Shown one piece after another: positions 10,514 to 23,849 of a stretch of DNA of 64,000 nt. This DNA comes from Ancylonema sp. (lineage: Eukaryota). How positions within the stretch are numbered: the first letter of the stretch is position 1; each line of letters begins with the position of its first letter. The stretch spans positions 1 through 64,000 of the forward strand of contig JBFLGF010000035.1 in NCBI GenBank assembly GCA_050230475.1, given 5' to 3'. Below the pieces are notes generated by a model. That model worked only from the letters and a program-made list of their open reading frames with translations, did no database searches and was not told the origin of the DNA. The position numbers and the translations under genes are program-made.

Positions 10514-13500
10514 ATGAGTATACTTGCTTCACCACTTGCATTCCAAAATCACAGCACAATTTGCTTGTTTGAGCCGTCACAGCAGCATTTCATCCATTCC
10601 AGTCTGATTTCTTCAGAACATGTCTGTTTACGTGCAAACTTACGTACCTTCGTTTCCGCTTCTCCTCTTCGCGCTCATATTTCAGATGAGAAGTGCAGAT
10701 TAACAAAAAAGGCAATGCAACCACGGCAGAAGAATTCATCAGTATGCCGAGCTGTACAAGAAAGCATTCATGAAACAGACGGCTTCTATAGTGTTCTTGG
10801 TGTGAGCTAGGACGTGAATCCCCCAGAGTTGAAAAAGGCCTACCGGAAATTGGCCCTGCAGGTTCGATTCTGGCAAATCTGGGATCTATGCTATCATTTT
10901 TTGCATTTTTTGCATTTTTTGCATTTTTTGCATTTTTTGCATTTTTTGCATTTTTTGCATTTTTTGCATTTTTTGCATTTTACAATGTGTAAATTGTCAG
11001 GAAGTAACGAGTCAAAGACGAGGTAGCAGAAGAAGCAGTACAGATGATAATACCATGCAGACTATATCATACTTACGAGTAGCAAACAAAGGAACAGAGC
11101 AATCCAAACTCGCAAGATTTATCATTTCTCTGCAGATTGCTTCTGGCATGAATGTGGTTTGTACTCCCATCCCATTCCCTCCAGTTCCACCCAGACGTAA
11201 ACTCTAACCCAGACGCCCAAGACAAGTTCGTGGAGCTCAGCCTTGCATACGAGGTAAGATCTTCGCCCCACAGCCACGACGATAGGTCGTCCTCACTTCC
11301 AAAAAGTGTATAATTCTAGCACCAACACCTACATGATTCCTTCCAACTTGACGAGCTCCTGGCTGGCTGGATGGCTCTTGACAAAAAAAATGTGTTGCAG
11401 GTTATGCAGAACAGAATGTGATGTCTTCAATATGGCTTTCAGCATTGGCGCAGGTCCTGATTGACGCAGACCAGCGTGCTCTGTACGACAAATACGGTCT
11501 ACAAGGGCTGTCTAGGGAGTCGAATAAAGGCCGAGGTGCCGCGTCTGCTGTGTGGGACACCTGGGACGAGTTCCAGCCTTTTGTCCGGAAGTGAGACCCC
11601 ATCCACTTTGCGTTTACGACACCTCATGCCATTGCCTCATCTTTGCAGTCAGAGTGTGTTTCACTTACCTCTGTGCCTGCCTCCCCTCTGTCGTGCATTC
11701 CTTATTTCCAAAGATGTTCGTTTCATAACATCCGAAATGAAATCCTACAAATCTGTCCATCAGTTTCTCGTTCCCTCTGACTTCATTACCCTTTGGTTTT
11801 GCCCACTAATCACCAGCCTCCAAGGGCTGACAGAAAGGCAGCCAACTGATGAGTGCGGAGTGCCTACAGGTCTCGGAAAATGGATGCTCGTAGCGCCCAG
11901 AGGGTGACCATCGGAGACGTGTCAGAGAACGGAGAGTCGTTGCCACAGCTTGGGGATGTAGTGGAGTATGTGCTGTCTGCCACAGTGTTAGCTCAGCAGG
12001 GAAATGATCGAACGAAAGGTGAGCCCCCGTACCAAAGTCTCTTCACCACTCAAGTTTGAGTGGAGCAGAGAATGCGAGATCTGAGGACATCGTCAGTCCC
12101 ACTTCTTCCTTTTATTCATAACATTGCTGCTGTTGTATGGTGCTAATAGAGCAGTTTATATGTCCACCCCCCCTCGCCTGCACATCAAGTTGATGCAAAC
12201 TATCATTACAACCAAGATTTAATGGCAACTCTCAGGTTGCACCTCATTCTGTTTGTGTCACTTTCAATCGCCCCTGGCCCAAAAGACTGTGATGTAAACG
12301 CACGTCCACGGGTGCGAAGAAACTGGGCATCACCTCCGCATCGCTAGATCCCCTGGGCTGGCGAGGACAGTCGTAGCATGTAGGGGCTTGCTGTCAAGCT
12401 CTCACTTGCTGTTGCAATTCTTCTTTTACAGAAAATCAAGAATCAACTGAACTTTCCTACATTGTTTCTCATGCAACACTGCAATCCTAAAGCCACAGCC
12501 CAAGATCAAGAAGAGGATAGGGAACCTCACATTATCATGGGATCATTCATGGGAGGGTGGCAGGTGTCGGGTTGCTGGTGGGGCGCAACATGGGTATGAG
12601 GGGGCTCTATCATCCATCCCCTCTTCCAACAACCCTCGAGTCAAAGAGACCATGTTTTTTGTAACCATCGATTCACGTTCAATGTTTATGTTATGTGCGT
12701 AGCAATAGTCAGAGTCCAATATGATGTTTGTCAGCATGGAGGTTGCCGCTACAGGTGTCAGACCTGGAGCAACCCTACCCTTATCAAATACTTGTTTTTT
12801 TTAACCCCTCCTTGATTTGCTCTAGCGTTTCATCTTTCTGTTTGCTGTTTTGCCACAGATAGGGGAGATCGAGCCGGGTTGCCTAAAGAAGTGAGTTCGA
12901 TGCGTGCCTTAGAGTGGAAAGACACCATCCGATGTTAGGCTCCACAATTGGGCCCTCATCGATTCCATTTCCCAGCTCATTCACTTCTTTTAGATGAGTT
13001 TTTGGTGCGTTTCTTGAGAGGTTCGAAGTTGAAATTGTTTTGTGTGGTTTCAATGGTAACGTAGGTGATCGACCATTATCAATGTCACCATCTTGTGTCC
13101 TCCCATGCATGTAGGTGTTGGAGCTTGTGGAAGTAGAGCCTGTGTATCAAGAAGACGGTGGCAAGGAGTGGAAACCAGACCCGCTTGAGAGTGTCGCATT
13201 CCCAACCATCTCGCAACTTCGCACCCTACAAACGGTGAGGTGGCAACAGTTGAGTTACAGTGTCATTGGAGGTGAAGGTTGTGGTAAGAAGAGTGGACGG
13301 TGTGGAACAGAGTGTGTTGTATCGAGAGGTGTCGTTACATGGAGTATGTGTAAAGAGTAGCTCGTTGACATGTGCTAAGAGAGGAAGGCCAGACATGCCA
13401 ATACATGCATTCACCGAATTTTGAGTGCATCACTATGATGGTGTTGCTTACGATAAGGGAGGGAGTATTCGGGTGCGCAGGAGTATGATAAACGCTCCGA

Positions 13501-13573
13501 TTCGTGGACAGTTTTGGAAGAGCTATCCGAAGGTTGTGGAAGTGCGTTGTACGAAGAAGAAATTATTGTGTAG
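10514..13573 (+). CDS. Plastid-targeted J-domain (DnaJ type C) protein, 8 exons, with an in-frame TAG at 10808-10810
   Basis: Ser-rich N-terminus ending VCRA (transit-peptide-like). J domain reads FYSVLGVS*DVNPPELKKAYRKLALQ|FHPDVN...KFVELSLAYE|VLIDADQRALYD. Later exons (including 30- and 32-nt ones) stay in frame to EEEIIV-TAG at 13571-13573. Confidence 0.85.
10895..10981. repeat. (CATTTTTTG)~10 minisatellite in DnaJ intron 1
   Basis: Seen directly. Confidence 0.95.
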
Positions 13574-13855
13574 AGGGAGATCAAGTCCAAGCATAATATT
13601 GGTAGAGAGAGCAGTGTGAAAGGGTGTGTGTTGGTTGTTGTGGGTGGGGAATGAGATGTTAATGACACCATCCTTCCACAAATCTGTATTTATGAGTCCC
13701 TTTTGTCTCACCTAGATGATTCCCTAGCCATTGTGATTGCAAAACAAAAAAAAATCGACAAGTTAGCTCCACAATGGATTCCAAAACTGAGTCGCCCATG
13801 TTCTTCGCAACCCATATCTTAGTATTGGAAAGGCAGCTTAAACACTTCATTTGAG

Positions 13856-14093
13856 GTAGTGAGCTTTGTGGTCCACAGTTCCGCATTCCAGTTGGCTGGG
13901 ATTCTTTCTCCGAATTCCACCTGTATTTCCTCCGACTTATAGCCGAAAATCTTCCGATTCCAGCCGTTTTCTTCCGATTCCTCCGCATTTCAGCCGGCTG
14001 GAATGCGATTTTTTAACAAGCGTCGGAATCTCGGGGGATCCTCCACGGAACGGCTGGAGCTCCAGCCAACTAGTCGGAGTGGCCCATCACTAC
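13856..14093. mobile_element. Degenerate MITE-like element (hAT-like terminus)
   Basis: Termini GTAGTGA/TCACTAC (right end reads TAGTGATGGGCCAC on -), subterminal inverted AGTTGGCTGG/CCAGCCAACT and internal TTCCGATTCC repeats; no matching TSD. Confidence 0.4.
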
Positions 14094-15050
14094 TAACACC
14101 ACAAGGCAGCATAAGATCCTCCATAAGGCGATAACCAACCGTTCCAATTGATGCGTGCACGTGTATGCTAATCTGGCTTGACGTGGTATGCTACAGACAC
14201 TACCATGTCTCGCCTACTGTAGGGATGGGGTGATATCTTGCGCAAGGAATATACCAAATTTTCGAGGAGAATGGAAGTTGAAATAATGTATTTTGAAACG
14301 GGTTGGGAAGGTGTTTGGGTCAACCACTTACATTCCAATATCGGAGTTAAATTAAGCATGTCCAATATGGTGCAAGTCCTATAATCAATTCGATAAGACA
14401 GTAGTAGCTAAGTGTACGAGTAGAGTCCACTCCACATTTTCAATGTAAAAGATCACATCAAGAGTCCTCGGACAAATGAGCTGATGGCCCAATTTAATGC
14501 CCCATGTTCTATTTTACCTTTGCGTCTGCCAAATTTACTATGGCAATTTCTCGGCGAAATGAGTAAAAATAAGACCCAACGCTACAGCCATCTACAACGG
14601 CCGAGTGGTGCAACCGATTGGAGTGCAGGTGGTAGCTTGAGGCAGGCCGACAACTTTTACCCGGAACATATTTTCAGCACTGCGGTGTCCCGTGCGAGCA
14701 GGAAAGCCATCCCTGGTCGTCGATTAATGTCCCGTGCTGCTCGATAGCACGCGTGAAATCCAAAGCGTGTCAGTGGTCAGCGTGTCAGCGTGTCAGTGGC
14801 AACGCCATGGATGACATCCGTCGAATCTGGACCGTCACATTTTGGAGAAGTATTCGTGCCGACAAGTGTAGCGTATGCACGGCGTGCCGGATGCCAGTTC
14901 CAAAGACAAATTATCATCTTTCAGTATCGGAACGGCAATACAGGAGGGGCGCAAATTGAGGAGTTTCAGGGATAGGATTTAAATCAAAAGTGCTAGTCTT
15001 CGCAGGTTTCATGGTCGCCCTTTCTCGAGAGCTGTAGTCTGCCTGTAGCC

Positions 15051-18000
15051 ATGGAATCCGTACATTTTGATCCTCCCTCCGAGACCCGTATTGATGAGGC
15101 GACACCAACGAATTTGGATAACGGTGGGTCATTGTACGGTGGTGGAGGCGTGGGCGGGAAAGCTCGACGGAATCGTAGAGCTACTGCACAGATTCCTTAC
15201 AAGCGACCGGAAACGGGGCGGCATGCGGCCGCTGGTCACTTGGCTGCGGCAATAGCCACAGCTACCCATAATCAAAATTCTCAGCTGGATGGCGGCAATC
15301 GTGGTGTTGACGGGACCCTTGGACTGGATCCGGTCGCTGGACGTGGGGGAGGGGCCCAAAATGGATCTCTGGGGTGGATGAGCCGTTGGAGTTTAGGGTC
15401 ACTGAAGTCCCTGGTTAAATGGCCATGGGCTGGGGCAAAGCCTGCTGGCGGTGGCCAAGGTGTGTGACCTTCATCGGGAACTTGATGTGTGAGAGAGAAC
15501 CAGATCACATGAAGTGGGTTCGAGTTTCTAGCAGCTGCTCTCTGTGGTTTGGTGCAGATTGGTCGGTTGGAAGCTCGAAAAGTCTTATCAAAGTTCCGCA
15601 GGTCTTATGACCTCTGAGGTCTCTGGAAAATCAAGGGATGAGAATTTGAGCTGATTGGAGCTCAGATTAATATCACACAGACAAACTCATCACCGCACGA
15701 GCTTAGATCAAGCTTACATTTTCGCAATTCTGATTCGGGGGTCTTTCTCTTGGCCCAAGGTGGATTTGACTCATGCTTCGCCTAAGGCCACAATGAGCAG
15801 TGATCTAATTCTGATTAGCAATATATGTGAGCTTGTCCGTTTGAAGCTACTGCATAAGGGTTGTATATGTATACATATATCTTACATCTAGCAGCCAGAA
15901 CGATGTTAAGCCAGATGGACCCAGTCCTTGGATCCAGAGTATTCAGATAGATGTCCGTGCGAAAGTTCCCTCAGATTTACCGACATTCATTTTACATCTT
16001 CAGCTGATGAGAACGAATTCCGCAGACATGTAGTGACTGTGTCAGGCAACGGTACACGTCGAAGTGGGCAGGTTCAGCCTGAGATCATTCATGAAAGTCA
16101 ACACTTTCCTGAATTTGCGTGTGGCTTTCTTTCCAGGCGCTCTTGGTGCGTCAGTGCAAGGTGGATCATCCAACGGGACAACAGCTGTGGCTGTGGAGGA
16201 GCATCAGCAGGCAGCTGCGGCAGGAACGAGGACCAATGCTGAACCCGGGGGAGCTGCGGCCTCGAATGCGGATGTCATCATAAAGGGTCTGGAGAAGATG
16301 CCACTGTGAGTTTCTGACTGGGGGTGGATAGACGAGGAGAAGAAAGAGGCAGGGGCACATCATGTGATGTCAGCGTCAGACAGGTGGACTTGGAATCACT
16401 GAGTGTAGCGGAGGTATTGATGAACAAGTGGCTGGGAATCCTGAGGCATGACATGACAAATAATAGATGCTATGGTAGTGGATGTCGTCCATCCTATCTG
16501 CGTCAGTAGGATGGTAACCTCAAGCTCTGCATCGTAAGGTGATGTGGTTAAGAATGCGACGCACATCATCGATCGACTTCTTTCTCCATGGATGTATTAC
16601 CATACTGCAGACAACATCTTGCTTTCAATAAATCGCTAGTTCATGCCGACTGCAGTCAAGTATTTCTCCAAGCAGGACACGGGTGAAGGTAGTAGACTGG
16701 TTTGTTTTCCAGCTTTTGCAACAGTTCTTGTACACACACTTAACGTTCTGGCCACACGGCCGACATCTGTCCGTTCATTTCAGGCCGGAGATGGAGCAGG
16801 TGCTCTCCTTCTTGCAGTACAAGTTGACAAGGACAACGCCCACGCTGCTGCCACTGGCAGCCCCAGGGTTCAGGAGTCCAGACAGAAACCTAGGGTCCCA
16901 GATGCTGCCATTTGGCGAGCATCGGAGCATCTTCACAACCCCACAGTCAGTGGGGGTTGGGGTACAGTCTGCTCGCTGGCAAGAGAGGTTGCCCGCGGGG
17001 AGTGCCGAGAAATTCCACACGCCCACTGGATCTGGTCCGGTGAGTCCAGAAACTGTCGGGATGCAATTTCTGCCAGGTCACATGGTCACATGGTTACATG
17101 GTTACACAGTAACCTGCTGTATCATGTGGGGCCCAGCTGCTCACAACACAATGGTTGGGGTGACGGGAGAACAACTTATTTGGAATCAAACAGATGGTTT
17201 GGTATCAGTTGTGTCCATGCCTGAATGATCAGTGTAAGACAGACATTCACATCGTCCCTCCGATCTCTGCATATCCATGTCTCGCTCTGCCTCCGAAGAC
17301 ACACCCTGTGTCACATGCCCAACTGCTTGGTCGGTTCCGAACCTTAACCGGTTTCTGCCCCACTCAGAAACTGTCCTAACCGTGCTGACCCCTCCCACCT
17401 GTCTTCCTGTTCGGGGATGGGTAGGATGGGGAGTTGGATCCAGTGGAGATGGCACGGAGCTGGATGGGAAACCCCCTTGCCCTCAAACTGCCAACCACCT
17501 CCCCGAAGCCAGTCTCCAGACCTGGGAATCTGTACCCCGCCACAGTTAGGGCCAGAGGGGAAGAGGGAAGGTGGGAAGGGCAAGCGCAAGTACAGAGAGA
17601 CGCGCGACCCGGCAGGAGCTTTCTAACCCAAGGGAATCAGGTGTGGACAGAGGTCTGCATACGGGTTTTGGGTTTCGAATGAATGTTGTTCGGAGGACGG
17701 CAGGTTGACGCCACAGCTGAGTATTGAGTACCAAGAGGAGTTTGAATGTGCAGGGAGAGGGAAGTGCGTACGGGGCTCTCTCTGTAACGCGATGGGCGCC
17801 TGCCACGGAACCAGCGTCAGGAGGCAGGGAGGTGAGGGACGTGGCGAACTTCAAAAATACATGTGGGGTAGAGTCGGGGTTAGGACAGCAGGACGGGGAA
17901 AGGAGACAGTAGCGTGGGGCCCGCTACAAACCCGGGGGACAGATACAGATTTTGTTCGAAGTGCGTCATCTCACATGAAGAAGCCGCGTAGTCCGCATAA

Positions 18001-21000
18001 AGTGGTTCGATGGCACACTAGTTGGGACGGTGTACAGGTGGCACATGAAGGGTTATGATCAGGCAATATGTGCGATTGACGTAAAAACGCCCCAGGCATA
18101 TGGGTACATGCTATGCTGGCGACAGCTCAGCGCAGCCACAAACGTCGGTATGCCTGATTCGGGTCTCATCCCCATCGCCCTCTTATTGCAGCTCCTGAAG
18201 AGGCGACGGTCAGTCCTGGATGCGGGATGGGCAGCCCCTCCCTCCAGCAGAAGGATGCGGGTGAAACCGTCGTACGCAGCCACCGGAGCTCGCAGAAACA
18301 CTCTGACGACAGGCATCTACAGCAGCCCAGCCGACAGGCTGGGGATGGAGGGTGAGAGAGCCGGGGGTTCAGTTGAAGGTGCACGGGATGGAGGGGCTGG
18401 GGGCAGCTGGGTGGGTGGTCGAGGAGTGGGCAGCCTGGTACCCTCAGAAAGCAACCTGACGGCGAAGAGGATTCTAGAAATGCTGGACCGGTACAGCAGC
18501 CCACCTGCGACTAGGAAAGTGGCTGGACGGCTGGAGGCTGGAGGGGCAGGGGGGTTGGGGACTTCGGGTGGGAGGGTGGGGGAGCAAAGTCTGCTGGCTG
18601 CGTCCCTGAATGAGAGGGGCAAAAGGAGTATGATGGAGGTAGAGGACGTACCGCCACCTGTCGAGTCGGTAGAGGCTGCGGTGGGGGGTTTGGGAGGGAT
18701 GAGCGGAAATGGGAGAGACCTTTTCACTTCTACTCCCGCTCAGTTCCAGGCTGCCTCCCAGGCTATTGAGATGGCCAGGGGGAAGGGGTGGGGGGGGGCG
18801 GAGGCATCAAAGGAGAATCATTCTGGGGAAGGCAGTAAAAGGTCGCGCGGGTTTCGATTCTTCCTGGCGGTAAACACCAGCACCCCACTCCCATCAGTAC
18901 ACCTCTAGCCTCACACACAGAACGCAGAAGCAATAGAAGGAGGTGAGCAGCAGATGGAGCACAGTAGCTCTCCACACCCCTCTCTGGTGCTCATGCGCGC
19001 TCCCAGCGGATGATGTGCAGGATGATGTGGAGGCAGAAGGGGAGGGTGTATCTGGACCCGGGTCCACGTCAGCACCACCCACATCCCCAACCACCTCTCC
19101 CAAGGAAAGGGCCTCCCTATCTCCACCCAGAAGGAGCGCCACGTCAGCCACTAATCTCGCTGGAGCCGCACTCCCTCGACCTACGACAGGTGGCAATGGA
19201 TCCGCCTCAGGGTTCTCATTTGCGGCTGGGGCGGCTGCAATGGAACCCATCCCGACCGCCTCCAAACTGCCACCTGGCACCTCGCAGCAGAGCGGTGCGC
19301 CACCTGGCGCAGGGCAGAGCTCAACGCCCTCGGACATAGGGGTTCCGAGATTCGCATTTGGGACTGCGGGAGTGAAGGTGAAGGGAGGCGGGGAGGCGGG
19401 GGAGATGAGTCCGCCAGGTGGCAAGGACCCCGAGTATGCATTCACCGTCAGGTACCCATCTCGACATGCATCGCAGGAAGGGGTGGAGGAGACCTGAATC
19501 TGGCACCTACCCTCCCTGTGTGTCACGCAGGCCTGCCAAGTCCCCCACCTCACCCCCTACAGGGACGTCTGCCAGCCTGTCCCCACCTCACGGTAAGCCC
19601 CACCCACCTTACCAGCTGGGCACCTGCACCCATCGTGCACTCATCGCCACCTGTCATCCGTGCAGGACCTGCAGATACTCCCTCCACCATACCCCTCCCC
19701 CTCCCCACCGTCACCTCCTCTCAGCCCTCCCTCTGGGCAACGGCAGCGTCAGACTCCCTGTTTGCCTCCCCACTGGGCAGCCCTTTGCCCCCATTCATGC
19801 GGACATCAGGCTTGCCAGCTGGCGACGCCCCTGTGGATACCGCTGCCATCCCTGGCAGTGGCGCACTCGAAAGCAACGCCACAGCTGGCGCTGCGTTGAA
19901 GTTCGGCGCCAGCTCAATGCCACCTGGCAGTGGAACCTCATTTTCTCTCCCCTCTCCCACCCCCAGCCCCACCCCAGCTCCTGCCGGTGCCACCCCTGCC
20001 TCCCTCTTCGGAGCAGGCAGTGGGGCCAGCTCGGGACCAGCCAGTAGCGCCGCCTTCCTCTTTGGAGCAGCGGCGGCCACAGGCTCAGCTGTGGGGGCAA
20101 CTGGAGGCTTCAACCCACAGTTCGGGTCCCCCAACCCTGCGGCAGCAGGGTTCGGAACAGGTGGGGCTCTGTTTGGAGCACGAGGCGAGTCAGGGGGCGG
20201 GTGGGATGCGGAAGGAGGGGCGAGGGCGGGGAAGAGAAGCGCTCCTTCCTCGGAACCCTCTCAAGGAGGTGGCATTGCAGGGGGGGTGGGGGGATCTCAG
20301 CCAGCCTCTGTCGGTGCCTCCTTCTCCCCCTTTGGTCTATCGCAACCAGCCCCAGCAAGCCAGGAGATTCCAACAGCAGCTCCTGCGGCGTCAGGGTTTA
20401 ATTTTGGGGCTGCTGGGAATGGCGCCTCGGGGGGTGGGACTCCATCCTCAACCCCTGCACCCATCTTTTCCTTTGCGGCGGCTGGCAGCAAGCCAGCTGC
20501 CAGCGCGTCAGAGGCTGCAGCGTCCCCATCCCCCAACCCTTTCGGGTCGACATCCTCAGGGACGCAGCTACCGCAGTCAATATTTGGGTCCACCCCAGCC
20601 CCCATCTTTGGTGCAACCACCTCCCCCTCCCCCTCCTCCTCCCCCTGGCCTGCCCCCATCTTTGGGTCCAGTGGAACAAACGAAACTACCCCAGCATCGA
20701 ACGCCAAAGGCTCTCTCCCAGCCCCCTCCTTCGGAGCACCCTCCACTCTGTCAGGGTTCAGTGCGCCCACCACCAGTCCTGCCTTCCCCCCCATTGGGTC
20801 CAATCCCTTTGGGGCACCCATGCCGTCAGCGGCAGGGTCGATGACATCATCCGCCTTCGGGGCTGTAGGGGGTTTCCCCCCCCCTGCATCCACGACTTCA
20901 GGGGCCTCCCCCTTTTTGTTTTCAGCCACAGGGAGCACTGCCACCCCCTCCACATTCACGTTCAACTCAAAGCCTACCGCTGATGCGCCTGTGGTGTTTG

Positions 21001-21461
21001 GGGGCTTTGGTGGCTCCTCTCCCGCCCCCTCCTTTGGTGGAATGAGCAACGGGGGGGGGAGCCTTGGCATGGAGGACAGTATGGCAGAAGACCCTTTCTC
21101 TCCAACAAAAGGGGGAGGGAATATGGGAGGTTTCAACTCGACTCCCCTCATCCAGCAGCCCTCACCAACGAGTCCGGCCCCCTTTTTGTTCCAACAGCAG
21201 CAGCCGCAACAACAGGGAGCACCGGGGGCCGCCTTTTCGTTTGGGGCTATGGCAGCCCAGCCTACCCAACCCAACCCGTTTGGGGCAGGGCCGCAAATCA
21301 CCCAGTTTGGAGGGCCTCCGGCACAAGGGATGGCAAATCCGTTTGGCGGGGATGCACCCAAACCGGGGGGGTTGACTTTTTCGGTGGGTGGAGGTGGAGA
21401 GGATAAAGGAGTGAGGAGGGTTGTGAAAGCAAAGAGGCCGGGGGGTGTGAGGCGGAAGTGA
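15051..21461 (+). CDS. NUP1: FG-repeat nuclear basket nucleoporin NUP1/NUP136 (Nup153-like), multi-exon
   Basis: N-terminal YGGGGVGGKARR...PYKRP motif, TAKRILEMLD, a long FG/FxFG-rich exon and basic C-terminus RRVVKAKRPGGVRRK*. Some internal exon borders are uncertain. Confidence 0.85.
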
Positions 21462-21924
21462 GACTGGGTTTGGGGAGCAGGGGGGTGGGTGGGGACAGTC
21501 TTGACATGTGGATGGCATGAATATGCACTTATGAAGGAAAGTGGAAGGTTTAGTATCATGGGTTTAGTTGGCATCATGGCATGTGATTTGTGTCAATCAA
21601 AATGGTTTGGCCCATCACAATCTTTGGAAGTCCAAAACAATCGTTGGAAGTAAGGTTTCGCTTTTTTTAAGCACAAGCTTTTTTCTTATTCATGATCAAC
21701 ATTATTTTCCATCTTTTGATTGATTGCATTTCAATATTGTGAAACACAGGAGCCCTCTGTCGAACGCATTTTACATTTGTATATTGTTCACGATCTATGT
21801 TCGCCTCGAAGTTATCGATTTCATAATGAGCTTGTAACATGAGCTTGTAACATGATCACGAACAACATCTGAACCTCGATTAGCGTCATGGCAATTAGGC
21901 GATTGGCCTAAAAAAGGTCCCCAC

Positions 21925-22262
21925 TGTTGAGTGTGTAATGCTAAGTGTGGCGCCCGTACGCCCGGGCGTACCCGAACATTGTCAGCATCGCCGCCCGGGT
22001 TCCTTAGTTTCGCCAATATTCGATATAAGTTGCTTAACCCCGTTCGCTTCAAGCTGACTCCTCATTGGTCAGCTTAGTGCCGCCGCCGCCCGGACGACGT
22101 TCTCAGCCACACCTAAGTCTTATCCTAGCAAGTTACTTATCCTGTGTACTCTTGCAAAGATAACCAATACTTCTCAGTGATCTATTCGCGTACATGAGCA
22201 TGCTGTGACAGACGCATAGCCATTCAAGTGAAGCAATCTACATTACCGTAATGTCTTCAACA
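21925..22262 (+). repeat. 5' LTR of Copia element (338 bp)
   Basis: Direct repeat of 25459-25796 with TG..CA ends, followed by the PBS. Confidence 0.95.
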
Positions 22263-22274
22263 TGGTATCAGAGC
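22263..22274 (+). promoter_or_regulatory. Primer-binding site, tRNA-iMet type
   Basis: TGGTATCAGAGC immediately after the 5' LTR. Confidence 0.95.
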
Positions 22275-23849
22275 CGTCTCAAATGAAGGGACGCGATTCA
22301 AGGCAGCTGGTAGTCTTCTCTCAAAAGATAACTATATGGCATGGAGCAGCAAAATAAAACAGCTGCTGATCGCACACAGAGTCTGGGATCTAGTCAGTGG
22401 AAAACGTGTTCGTCCAAACGCAGCACCTGAACTTGTCGGAAAGTTCGGTGCACCACCCACAAACCAAACTGAAATCGAGGCGGCAAACACAAAGTTGGAG
22501 CAAACACAAAGTTGGACGAGTTTGAAGACGCTTGCAACAAAGCAGCATGCCTCATCTCTGCAGAGATCCTGTTTGTTGCCAGTGTGCTAGAAGACCCAGT
22601 TGCCACGTGGGACAAGTTACAACAGAAGTTCGCGCGCCGATCCGAGATGGGTCAACAAACGGCTCAAATGGCACTCTTGCACTTCCAACACATGGAAACT
22701 GAAACAGCCGACGACACCATCGCACGCTTTGAAGCAGTAGTGGAAAAGTGTGTCCAGCAAGGGGTCAAGATCGATGATCAGGTGCTGGAGCGAATGATTA
22801 ATTGCCAAATGAGCGGTACACGTATCTCATATCTCAAAAAAAGCTACCAACACTCGAAAGTAAAGCAAAATCTGGAGGAGATATTCTGTTCCATGAGAGA
22901 TGATGATGCGGAATATCAGATCAGTCATGCTTCTCCTCCCCCTGGATCTGCAGCCTTCATGGACGCGGTCACCACGCAGGCCGAACTCCTATGGGCGCAA
23001 CGAAACAAGGACTCATCCCGGCCATCCGGAAGTCGACCGGCCGCTTCTCATTCGATTTGCTATTGTTGTGGGGAAAAGGGCCACTATGCAAAGGATTGCA
23101 AGCACTCTACATCAGTGTGTACGTACTGCAGCAGGGTAGGACGTCTTGAACAAGCATGTCGCCAAAAGAAACAGCGGGAAGAGGGTGGTCCGCGTGGGGA
23201 GGCTTCATTCTTACTTGGTGATGGTTACTCGGCGGTAGTGGAGCTGACCACTTGTGATTTTCATCACGACTTGTCAGTCTCATTGCCCTCAGTCCCCTCA
23301 GCCCTTCAAGATGATGAGGACATGTGTGGAGAGAAGCAATGGCAGTCGGAGAAAAAAAAACTTCTACCTTCCTAGGTGACACGGGGGCAAGTCACCACAT
23401 AGTGTGCAAACGGGAGTACTTTTTGGAGCTATCTCCTCTACCAAGACCATTCAGAATAAATCAGGTGCAGGGGTCAGTGGCAGTGACACATTGGGGGACA
23501 GTGGTATTAGAGGTGGATGGGGAAAATGGGAAACAGCCTTTTTGGCTAGTGGAGGCGCTGTTCATAGAAAGTATGGACTTCAATATACTGTCGTTACAGA
23601 AGCTGAGGGTTGCTAGTTACATTCCAGTGTATGACAAATTGGAGGGCGCAAGGTGGTTATTAACAAAGAAGTCCATAAAGGGGGTGTCACTCAGGTTGCT
23701 CTCCTATCTGAAACCAAGCAAGGACGCCTAACTCTGGATTGCAAGATCGTCTACACTCCCACTACCATTCTCCCCCCCCATGCGGAGGCCCTCGTCCACC
23801 ACTTGCTGTCCCTGGATCTGGCTGGCCCGGTCAGGCCCAGCAGTTTGGT

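Noticed and set aside
10808..10810. Genome-wide TAG-to-Gln reassignment
   Set aside because: TAG and TAA terminate TM9SF (conserved KCE end), AGAL, DnaJ and PMM normally, and no other host exon has an in-frame TAR.
10858..10875. GGTTCGATTC T-loop/B-box, possible tRNA
   Set aside because: Spans a splice donor; the T-stem is mismatched and there is no cloverleaf.
20297..21577. 426-aa antisense ORF and 304-aa alternate-frame ORF over NUP1
   Set aside because: Expected shadows of a GC-rich low-complexity exon; no recognisable motifs.
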